DNA of 64,000 nucleotides, taken from the NCBI GenBank assembly GCA_964577595.1, contig CAZNZK010000004.1:27294-91293 (forward strand), in the 5' to 3' direction. Of the stretch, positions 38,788 through 47,518 are shown piece after piece. The number at the start of each line of letters is the position of its first letter. The stretch's first letter is position 1. The DNA comes from an uncultured Candidatus Saccharibacteria bacterium. GTDB lineage: Bacteria > Patescibacteriota > Minisyncoccia > Phycocordibacterales > JAKAEA01. The notes beneath the pieces were generated by a model. That model saw nothing but the letters and a program-made list of their open reading frames with translations, was not told the origin of the DNA and ran no database searches. The translations under genes were made by a program, and so were the position numbers.

Positions 38788-39381
38788 ATGTACAGCAAGA
38801 TGATTATCGGCATAGATGAGGTGGGGCGCGGGCCATTGGCCGGGCCGGTGACGCTCTGTGCGTGCGCGATTCCTGCCGGCCAGCTGAAAAAGTTTTTTGC
38901 TGGTGAGTTTAAAGGTATAAAAGATTCCAAAAAACTCAGCCCACAAGCGCGCGAATTCTTTTTTGAAAAAGTGAAAGCAAAGCGAGGGCAGGGGAGTGTC
39001 GTGTATGCAGTGTCGCATGTCAGTGCGGTTATTATTGACCGCATTGGCATTTCAAAAGCAGTAGCCCGCGCTCTTAAGCGTTGTCTTATTAAACTTGATC
39101 TTACTGCCGCGCGTTGCCAGGTATTGCTTGATGGCAGTTTGAAAGCGCCCGCACATTTTCAAAATCAAAAAACCATTATTCGTGGTGATGCCACCGTGCC
39201 GATTATCTCTCTCGCCTCTGTTATCGCCAAAGTTACTCGCGACCGCAAAATGACCCGCCTCGCTAAGGAGTTTCCGGAATATGGCCTAGAAATTCATAAA
39301 GGCTATGGCACGCTTTTGCACCAAAAAGCCCTTAAAAAGCACGGTTTGTCGCCCTTACATAGGCGCTCCTTTTGTCATTGA
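38788..39381 (+). CDS. rnhB: Ribonuclease HII
   Basis: GIDEVGRGPLAGPV, DSKKL, RGD..SLASVIAKVTRD, HKGYGT, HRRSF. Confidence 0.95.
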   Translation: MYSKMIIGIDEVGRGPLAGPVTLCACAIPAGQLKKFFAGEFKGIKDSKKLSPQAREFFFEKVKAKRGQGSVVYAVSHVSAVIIDRIGISKAVARALKRCLIKLDLTAARCQVLLDGSLKAPAHFQNQKTIIRGDATVPIISLASVIAKVTRDRKMTRLAKEFPEYGLEIHKGYGTLLHQKALKKHGLSPLHRRSFCH

Positions 39382-39472
39382 CAAACAGCTTTATAAATGC
39401 TATCATTTAGGAGTATTTGGGAGGAGTGTTTCCTCTCAAAATTTCGGTTCTTTTCCATGGAAGGAGGGCTTT

Positions 39473-40480
39473 ATGCCCACACCCAACACAACGCCGATCA
39501 ATCTCATTTGGACGCATCACCGTCCGCATCTGGACGAGCTTGTCGCTATTGACATGCTCAGGAGCGAAGGTCAGGACATTTTTCCTGGCATCGCGAACGC
39601 GCGGGTTGTCTTTATCCGCAACGGTGCTTTGCCTGTCGGAAAAACCTGGCAGGAGCTTCTGGACCAACGCATTCTTTTGGTTGGTATCGGCGGTAGCCCG
39701 TTTGATGAGCATGGCCGCACTGGCGTTGCTCGCAAAGAAGGGCAGTCTGCATGCTCACTGGTCGCGGACGCCCTCAACCTGAGGAAGCACCCGGTGTACA
39801 AGCGGCTCATTGAGTTGGCCACGGAGGCCGACCTTGGCGGCGTACACCAGTTGCACCTCGCTAATCTGCTCAAGCTTCGCTATCGGCTCTATCCGGATTC
39901 TCCGGAGATTGTCATGGCGTTGGCGATGTCGTTCATTAACGACCTGAAGGCAGAACAACGGGCGTTTCTCGCCGGTCAACGCGTTATCAGCGAGTTGCGT
40001 AAGAGTCCGTCTACACGATGTGAGATGCCGAGCGCCATTGGTCGCTTGGAAATCATCACGGCCAGGTCTGACAACTTCAAGTTGTCGGCGGCCGCACGCT
40101 CACTCAGTGTGGCGATTCTTGTCCAGGCTGAACTTGTTGGTGATCGGCCCCACGTGCAGATTTTCTCCAACACCAGCCGGCACAAATTCAGTATGCGTTT
40201 CGTTGCTGCTGAATGGCGCCGGCGGGAGCTGCTCGCTATGGGTATGTCTCCAGCCGGAGTCCAAAAACTCGACCAGGACGACTACCTTGCAAGTGAGGAC
40301 AGTATCGCCGAAGTGCCGAACATTTTCTACCACAAGATTGCGGAGAATGTGTTCAATGGCACCGAGACGACGCCTGCCGTGACTCCCACCCGGGTGTCGC
40401 TGGAGGACATCACGCGTATTGTACGGAAGTACACCTACGTGATGGCTCCCGAGCAAGCGCCCATAACCCAGTCAGTGTAA
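39473..40480 (+). CDS. MYG1/DHH-like putative metal-dependent hydrolase
   Basis: WTHHRPHLDELVA and GIGGSPFDEH motifs; own TTGACA promoter, AAGGAGG SD and terminator. Confidence 0.6.
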   Translation: MPTPNTTPINLIWTHHRPHLDELVAIDMLRSEGQDIFPGIANARVVFIRNGALPVGKTWQELLDQRILLVGIGGSPFDEHGRTGVARKEGQSACSLVADALNLRKHPVYKRLIELATEADLGGVHQLHLANLLKLRYRLYPDSPEIVMALAMSFINDLKAEQRAFLAGQRVISELRKSPSTRCEMPSAIGRLEIITARSDNFKLSAAARSLSVAILVQAELVGDRPHVQIFSNTSRHKFSMRFVAAEWRRRELLAMGMSPAGVQKLDQDDYLASEDSIAEVPNIFYHKIAENVFNGTETTPAVTPTRVSLEDITRIVRKYTYVMAPEQAPITQSV

Positions 40481-40581
40481 CCTTCCTGTTTCCCAGTCCC
40501 TTTTGTAAAAGCCCCTCCCCGGGGCTTTTCTTTTGGCTGGATATTGCCTAAAAAGGGCTTTTGGGGTACTATATTTAGCCT

Positions 40582-40812
40582 ATGGTAAATCATATGCGAC
40601 ATACCCGGTCCCAGACCGGCCAGCGCCGTTCTCACGACGCCCTCAAAAATCAAAATATCGGCTTCTGCTCTAAATGCGGTGCCGCTAAGCCCTCGCACGT
40701 TATGTGCCCGCACTGTGGCTTCTATGGCGACAAAACTGTAGTGGATATCCAGTCTGCCATCGTTAAGAAAGCAGAACGCCAGAAGAAAGCCGCTTCCAAG
40801 ACAAGTAAATAA
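40582..40812 (+). CDS. rpmF: 50S ribosomal protein L32
   Basis: RRSHDAL..CSKCG..HVMCPHCGFY. Confidence 0.93.
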   Translation: MVNHMRHTRSQTGQRRSHDALKNQNIGFCSKCGAAKPSHVMCPHCGFYGDKTVVDIQSAIVKKAERQKKAASKTSK

Positions 40813-40892
40813 GACAAATCAATAATCCCCAAAAGTCCCCGCAAGGGGCTTTTTGATGGGCTGGTATGCTATACTAGAAGCAAAGTTCTGCA

Positions 40893-41825
40893 ATGGCCAA
40901 CCGGCACCTTTCACGTTCGTTAGTTCTACAATCTCTCTACGAGTGGGATTTCAACCCCGATGGAAAAAAGCCAGGAAAGAATGAAGGCCGGGCCGATATT
41001 GCTCCTATAATTGCCCGCAATCAGAAAGAATTTGGCGAAGGTCAAACCGATGAGCATTTTGCTGAAAACTTGGCTCGGGGTGTTTTGGCTAAGCAAAGTG
41101 AGCTTGATACTATTATTGCCAAGGCCGCTCCGGATTGGCCGCTGGATAAAATCTCGGTTATGGACCGCAATATTCTGCGTATCGGTCTTTACGAATTGCT
41201 TTTTTCCGATAGGGCAGAGGTGCCAGCCAAAGTGGCCATTAATGAGGCCATAGAGCTGGCAAAAGGCTATGGAGGCGACACTTCCGGTCGGTTTATAAAC
41301 GGCGTTTTGGGTGCGGTGTATAAAGAAATCGGCGAGCCAGGCAAGGATGAAATCTCTAAGAAAGTCGGAAAGGGTGTGCCGGGAGCACCCAAAAAAGAAA
41401 TTCCCATTCAACACTTGGGTGGCGCTGTGGTTTACGCTCGTGAGGGTGATGAGGTGTACTTGGCTTTGGTGCACGATGTCTTTGGTCACTGGACGTTAAC
41501 AAAAGGCGGCATTGAAGCCGAAGAAAAAGTGGAGCAGGGCACCTTGCGAGGTGTCACAGAAGAGCTCGGCCTCAAAAAACTCACCATTAAAGAGAAATTG
41601 GACGAAAATACCTACGTTGCCTACAGCCCGGAGAGTGGCAAGAAGAAAAAGCACGTTACCTATTTCCTGGTTGAGTCGCCATTTGCGGAACTAAAGCTTG
41701 AAGAAAAGGGTGGCTTGGATGACGCGAAGTGGTTTAAGATGAAAGATATTCTGGAGTTGAATTTTTATAACGATATTTTGCCGATAGTTACCAAGGCGAT
41801 TAATTTGATTTTAGCCCAAAAATAG
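40893..41825 (+). CDS. nusB: NusB fused to a C-terminal NUDIX domain
   Basis: RHLSR..QSLYE, DRNILR, VAINEAIELAK, FINGVLG; NUDIX box KGGIEAEE..RGVTEELG. Confidence 0.9.
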   Translation: MANRHLSRSLVLQSLYEWDFNPDGKKPGKNEGRADIAPIIARNQKEFGEGQTDEHFAENLARGVLAKQSELDTIIAKAAPDWPLDKISVMDRNILRIGLYELLFSDRAEVPAKVAINEAIELAKGYGGDTSGRFINGVLGAVYKEIGEPGKDEISKKVGKGVPGAPKKEIPIQHLGGAVVYAREGDEVYLALVHDVFGHWTLTKGGIEAEEKVEQGTLRGVTEELGLKKLTIKEKLDENTYVAYSPESGKKKKHVTYFLVESPFAELKLEEKGGLDDAKWFKMKDILELNFYNDILPIVTKAINLILAQK

Positions 41826-41843
41826 CGTACAACGTATCTACAT

Positions 41844-42539
41844 ATGCCGAAAGATCTCTCCCTATTTGAAAAAGGAATCGGCGTGGAGTTTAAGGATAAA
41901 AACCTTTTGCGCCAAGCTTTTACCCACCGCTCGTTTTTGAATGAAAACAAGGGGTCCGATTTGGCCGACAACGAGCGCTTGGAATTTCTGGGTGACGCTG
42001 TTCTACAGTTGGTGGTTACCGACCACCTTTTTGGCCAGTATGGCGACAAGCCAGAAGGCGAGCTCACTGCTTACCGCTCGGCCTTGGTGAACGCACAAAC
42101 GCTCAGTAAGGTGGCTTTGGATATTGGCATGAATGACTATTTACTGCTTTCGCATGGCGAGCGGCGCGACACTGGCCGGGCTCGCAGTATTATTCTGGCG
42201 AATGCTTTTGAGGCGATTGTGGGAGCGATTTATTTGGATGGTGGCTATGCTGTTGCCGCTGGCTTTATTGCCGCCAAAATCTTTTCACTTATTCCTGATG
42301 TGGTGGCTGGCAAGCTCTGGCTTGACGCCAAGAGCCGTTTTCAGGAAGCTGCCCAAGAACACGCGAGCACCACACCTGTCTATAAAACCACTAAAGAAAC
42401 CGGCCCCGACCATGACCGTATTTTTACCGTTGGTGTGTATTTAGCCAAAGAGCTCGTGGCTTCAGGTGAAGGGCCAAGCAAGCAGGATGCCGAGCAGGAA
42501 GCGGCTCGCAAGGCGCTTGAAAGCCGCGGCTGGCTCTAA
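41844..42539 (+). CDS. rnc: Ribonuclease III
   Basis: AFTHRS, NERLEFLGDAVL, dsRBD. Confidence 0.96.
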   Translation: MPKDLSLFEKGIGVEFKDKNLLRQAFTHRSFLNENKGSDLADNERLEFLGDAVLQLVVTDHLFGQYGDKPEGELTAYRSALVNAQTLSKVALDIGMNDYLLLSHGERRDTGRARSIILANAFEAIVGAIYLDGGYAVAAGFIAAKIFSLIPDVVAGKLWLDAKSRFQEAAQEHASTTPVYKTTKETGPDHDRIFTVGVYLAKELVASGEGPSKQDAEQEAARKALESRGWL

Positions 42540-42607
42540 GGGGTGCGGTTAGGGGCAGGCACTATTTTTTAAAATCATGTTCCGACAGAAAGTCCTTTTA
42601 GGCGGGG

Positions 42608-42843
42608 TACAGAAAATGCTCTAAAAACCTGTCAAATCTGGCAAAAAATTAATTTTCTTCCCGTAGAAGCCCTAACTAAAGTGCTTTTTTACCATGCAAA
42701 ACATATGCGAAAATATGCATATGTTTTTTTGTGATGCAATGTGGTAGGCGGTGGCTTCACTTAGTCATCTCCAAAATCAAAAAGATGAAGAAAAAATGAA
42801 AACTCTCATTTCTTGAGTGCTTTTATGTAGGTGCCCGAAAAGG
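42608..42843. repeat. About 235-bp dispersed intergenic repeat, copy 1
   Basis: Colinear with 51854-52088; internal palindrome aaaacatatgc..gcatatgtttt. Confidence 0.85.
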
Positions 42844-42929
42844 CGTTTCTAAAAACTCATCAGAGAACGAGCGGATGTGTCATAATTAGCCGAAAGAGCT
42901 TTTTTCTTATATAATTCGGGGCATATTCC

Positions 42930-45236
42930 ATGCGTCTCAAATCTCTGGAAATCAGCGGGTTTAAATCATTCGCCAAGAAAACGGCGTTAGAATTTGGCAC
43001 GGCTATTACGGGCATTGTCGGCCCCAACGGCTCCGGCAAAAGCAATGTGGCGGAAGCCTTTCGTTTTGTGCTCGGTGAGCAGTCTATGAAATCGCTTCGC
43101 GGCAAGCGCGGCGAGGATTTAATTTTCAATGGCGGGGCGAGCGCTGGCCGGCAAAATCGGGCCAGTGTGAAGCTGGTTTTTGACAATACCGACCGCGCTT
43201 TGGGGCTGGATTTTGACGACGTAACGCTTGAACGCGTGGTGCACCGCGATTCGGCCAATGAGTATTTTATTAATGGCTCGCCGGCGCGCCTTAAAGACAT
43301 CGTTGAATTGCTTTCCGGCGCGCACATTGGCGCTTCTGGGCACCACATAATTTCCCAGGGCGAAGCCGACCGTATTTTAAATGCGAATTTGAAGGAGCGT
43401 CGCGAAATGATAGAAGATGCGCTCGGCTTGAAAATTTATCATTATAAGCGTGAGGAAAGCGAGCGTAAGCTTGAGAAAACCGCTGAAAACATTGGTCAAG
43501 TGGAGAGTTTGCGCAAGGAAATTGCCCCGCACTTGCGCTTCCTGGAAAAGCAGATGGAAAAGGTGGAGAAAACAGAAAAAGTGCGCCAGGATTTGCTAGA
43601 GCGGGCTAAAGAGTATTTTAAGCGCGAAAGCATTTATGTGCGGGTGCAAAACGTGCGCATTCAGGAAGAAGAAGGGCCGCTTCTCAAAAATAAACACGCC
43701 TTGGAGCAGGAATTAAACGCCGCAAAAGCGGTATTGGAAAAAGCCGCAGGGCGCGATGGCAAGCAAGATGCTACCACTGCCGCCCTTTTAGATGTTGAGA
43801 AAAAACTGGCAACGGTGCGGGCCGAGCGCGAGGAGCTTTCGCGCCATGTAGGCCGGATTGAAGGGGAAATCGCTTCCGAGGAACGAGCTATTCGCCGTGA
43901 GGAAGCTATGGCCAAAACCCGCGCCGGCCAAACGGTACCGCTTGCAGAAGTAGAATCTGCTATTGCCACTATTAATGAGCGCTTGCAAGAAGCGGAAACC
44001 ACCGGCGACCCGAGTGTGTTTGCAAAAATCGCCAGCGGCATCAAAGAATTTCTCTCGCAATTTTTGCATCGCTACCGCGAGGGCACCAGTGAAAATGCTG
44101 TGGGAGCTATTGCCGCCAGCCGGCTTGAAATAGAGCGCCTAGCAGGCGAGCAGAAATCCGCCGCCCTGAAAACGCAGGCCCTGGCTAAGGCGGAAAGCGA
44201 TCTCATTGCCGATACCGAAAAACTCCGCCAGCATATTGAAAAGGAGAAGGATAGCAATCGCGACGCTGAAAAAGCCGTGTTTCGTATCATGGCTGAGCAT
44301 AATGAGCTTATTTCCAAGCTGGCCGGTGTGCGGGCGCGCCAGGAAGTTTTGACGGCAATTGAAAATGCATTTAAAAATGACTTGGGTGACATGGCCGCCA
44401 TGGCCGGCCGGGCTATTGTGGATTTTGACCAGCACCAGCTGGCTAACCTTTCTGATGATGAAGTGGCCGCCGAGCCGCGTGCTGAGCAGGAGGGCCGCCG
44501 CAAACTTTTGGAGCGCCTCAAAATCCGCATTGAAGAAGCGGGCGCGGGCAATAGCGACGACATCACCAAAGAATATAAAGAAGCCAAGGAACGCGACGAG
44601 TTTTTAGCGCGTGAGCTTGCCGACTTGGCCAAATCTGCCGAAACTTTGCGTATTTTGATTGCTGACTTGGCGGAAAAACTAGATACCGACTTCAAAGCCG
44701 GCGTCACTAAAATTAATGAGCAGTTCGGTCAATTTTTCGCCCTCATGTTTGGCGGCGGCGCGGCCGAGCTTTTGGTAGTGAAAGCGGCATCGCGGCCGAA
44801 GCGCAAAAATGACACTGACGACCTTGCCGATATTACCGGCGAGAGCGACGGTGAAGAAATGGCGGAGGCCGAAGAAAGCGAGGAGGGAATTGACATCAGC
44901 GTCAATTTGCCCAAAAAGCGCATTAAAGGCTTAGCTATGCTCTCTGGCGGCGAGCGCGCGCTCACGAGCATTGCCCTCCTTTTCGCCGTCTCTCAAGTGA
45001 ACCCGCCACCTTTTATTATTTTAGACGAAACCGACGCCGCTTTAGACGAAGCCAATTCCCGCAAATATGGCGACATGATAGAAAATCTTTCCAAATATTC
45101 CCAGCTCATTCTCATTACCCACAACCGCGAAACCATGTCGCGCGCCGGCATTCTTTATGGCGTCACTATGAGCTCTGAAGGCGCCTCCAAGCTTCTCTCT
45201 ATTAAATTTGACCAGGCTGTAGAGGTGGCGAAATAA
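42930..45236 (+). CDS. smc: Short SMC-family ATPase (no recognisable hinge)
   Basis: GFKSF, GPNGSGKSN, ISQG, LSGGE, LDETDAALD; only 768 aa. Confidence 0.88.
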   Translation: MRLKSLEISGFKSFAKKTALEFGTAITGIVGPNGSGKSNVAEAFRFVLGEQSMKSLRGKRGEDLIFNGGASAGRQNRASVKLVFDNTDRALGLDFDDVTLERVVHRDSANEYFINGSPARLKDIVELLSGAHIGASGHHIISQGEADRILNANLKERREMIEDALGLKIYHYKREESERKLEKTAENIGQVESLRKEIAPHLRFLEKQMEKVEKTEKVRQDLLERAKEYFKRESIYVRVQNVRIQEEEGPLLKNKHALEQELNAAKAVLEKAAGRDGKQDATTAALLDVEKKLATVRAEREELSRHVGRIEGEIASEERAIRREEAMAKTRAGQTVPLAEVESAIATINERLQEAETTGDPSVFAKIASGIKEFLSQFLHRYREGTSENAVGAIAASRLEIERLAGEQKSAALKTQALAKAESDLIADTEKLRQHIEKEKDSNRDAEKAVFRIMAEHNELISKLAGVRARQEVLTAIENAFKNDLGDMAAMAGRAIVDFDQHQLANLSDDEVAAEPRAEQEGRRKLLERLKIRIEEAGAGNSDDITKEYKEAKERDEFLARELADLAKSAETLRILIADLAEKLDTDFKAGVTKINEQFGQFFALMFGGGAAELLVVKAASRPKRKNDTDDLADITGESDGEEMAEAEESEEGIDISVNLPKKRIKGLAMLSGGERALTSIALLFAVSQVNPPPFIILDETDAALDEANSRKYGDMIENLSKYSQLILITHNRETMSRAGILYGVTMSSEGASKLLSIKFDQAVEVAK

Positions 45237-45248
45237 GCTACATAAAAA

Positions 45249-47033
45249 ATGAATACTCCCAAAATTACAGTCGGTAAGTTACTCAGGGCTTTTTGGAACG
45301 GTTTAGCTCCTCAAAAGTGGTTTTTTCTTACAACCATTGGCACGTTTGTCGTTGGAAGCATTTTGTACGTTCTAGTACCAACTTTTTACAAATCCTTTTT
45401 TGATCTGATTACCAATACGTCCGACAAAGTTTCCGCTGTTCCCGCATTACTGAAAATCATCATTGAAATTCTGATCATTAATGGCACTTCAACGGTGCTG
45501 TATTGGATTGGGATGTTCACCGCAAGTTACTACGATCCGAAAACACAAGCGACATTGCGCCAGCAGGCATTTTCCTACATTATCGACCATTCCTACACCT
45601 ATTTTGCCGATAATTTTACAGGTTCAATTACGTAACGGGTTAACCGTTATGCCCGAGCTTTTACTCGCCTTAACGGGCAACTTTTGTGGACAATTTTACC
45701 TCTTTCTATATATGTTGCTGGCGTAACGATAGTGCTCTGGTTTGTTAATCCCATTTACTCCTTAATTGTTGTTGTGTGGATTGGTTCCTTTTGGACGATA
45801 AACTACTTTTCTTCCAAATGGAAATTGAAGTATGACATTGCCGCTTCAGAAGCTGACTCCAAAAGCACGGCAATTCTCTCCGACAGCATTACCAATCACT
45901 CGGTAGTCCAACTTTTTGCTCGGAGCAAGGCAGAATCGACACATTTTACACAGCTAACAGACCTCCAAGCCCGCAAAGAGGCCTTTACGGGATATTTGTC
46001 CACGCTTATCAATGTTGTTTGGGGCACGCTTAACGTAACGGTGGAATTTTTGATTTTCTTTTTGCTGATACATTATTGGCAGGAAGGATTAATTACTATC
46101 GGCACATTTGTACTGGTCCAGGTCTACTTTCTGGGCTTGGCTACTCGATTGTGGGATTTGACGCGCATTGTTCCGGAAGTGTACCAAGCCTTTGCCGATG
46201 CTAAGGAGGCACTTGAAATGATGACTACTCCATACGAGGTACGAGATATCCCTCATGCTAAAAAACTAACGATTACCGATGGCGTCATCGAGTTCGGTAA
46301 TATAAGCTTCAGTTTTAATGAAACACGAGAGGTTCTTAAGGGTATCACTCTGAAAATTCAAGCCAAAGAAAAAGTGGCTCTCATTGGTCCTTCCGGCTCG
46401 GGCAAGTCAACGCTCGTACGGCTTCTTATGCGACTCTATAACCTGGAAAGCGGCGCTATTTTTATTGATCACCAGAACATCCAACAAGTAACACAAGAAA
46501 GCTTGCGCCTGAATATTGCTTTTGTACCTCAAGACCCAACTCTTTTCCACCGAACGATAGCGGAAAATATCCGGTATGGTAAACCAGATGCAACCGACGA
46601 GGAGGTTGTCGCAGCGGCAAAACTCGCTCATTGCGATGAATTTATTACAGAGTTACCGTCGGGCTACAAAACGTATGTTGGCGAGCGAGGCATCAAACTC
46701 TCCGGCGGCGAGCGCCAGAGGGTGGCAATTGCCCGGGCGATTTTAAAAAACGCCCCAATCCTTGTTCTCGACGAAGCCACGTCAAGTCTGGATTCACACT
46801 CAGAGGCTCTTATTCAGGACGCTCTGAATGTGCTCATGAAGGATAAAACGGTTATTGTTATTGCTCACCGTCTTTCAACTATCAGAAAAATGGATAGAAT
46901 AATCGTGCTTAAAGAAGGTGCAATTATTGAGGAGGGATCACACGAGATGCTTTTGGAAAATTCCACTGGTCTGTATAAAAAACTTTGGGATCTTCAGGCG
47001 GGGGGATTCCTTAAGGAAGATATTGTTGGGTAA
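45249..47033 (+). pseudogene. ABC exporter (TM + ATPase) split by one in-frame TAA at 45633-45635
   Basis: NFTGSIT*RVNRYARAF continues in frame into ORF 45684; GPSGSGKS, LSGGERQR, LDEATS. Confidence 0.85.
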
Positions 47034-47110
47034 AATAGGGTCAGGCACCGTTTTTAATCGACACCCACCTCTCTAAAAAGTCAAAAATCAACATTTAAAA
47101 GTTGAAAATT

Positions 47111-47239
47111 TCAGTGCTGCTGGCCTTTCATCTTTTCTTCTCGGGAATTTATTTTGCTTAAAATTACTATAAGGACAATGACGTTCATGACGAGAACGCA
47201 AAAAATATAGAAAAGGAGCATGAAAGTATCAGAGTTCAT
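47111..47239 (-). CDS. 42-aa single-TM peptide
   Basis: MNSDTFMLLFYIFCVLVMNVIVLIVILSKINSREEKMKGQQH, 16 nt downstream of the preceding small gene. Confidence 0.45.
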   Translation of the reverse strand: MNSDTFMLLFYIFCVLVMNVIVLIVILSKINSREEKMKGQQH

Positions 47240-47255
47240 AGGATAAGTGTAGTAT

Positions 47256-47456
47256 TTATTTTGATAAAATCAAGCCAATAGACCAGCAGATAGCAATAGA
47301 GACAAGGCCACCGCCAAAAAGTAACACGTTAATTTTCTGGTTAATCATTGGCTCAATAACTATTGACGCTAAGATAACCTGGCTCACGTTCAAACAAACC
47401 TCGACCAAGGTTGTTCGTTGTTGTGCGGACAGGGTAAAGAACCATTTTCTTGGCAT
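47256..47456 (-). CDS. Small two-TM hypothetical protein
   Basis: 66 aa hydrophobic; TATACT -10 just upstream. Confidence 0.6.
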   Translation of the reverse strand: MPRKWFFTLSAQQRTTLVEVCLNVSQVILASIVIEPMINQKINVLLFGGGLVSIAICWSIGLILSK

Positions 47457-47518
47457 GCCCTTAGTATAATAGGCACTCCTAAAATAGTTCTGAAGAAAAA
47501 ATAAAATATATAGTTACA

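Noticed and set aside
9489-45635. TAA/TAG-to-Gln genetic code reassignment
   Set aside because: TAA and TAG terminate many conserved genes at their expected ends, and no suppressor tRNA is present in the window.
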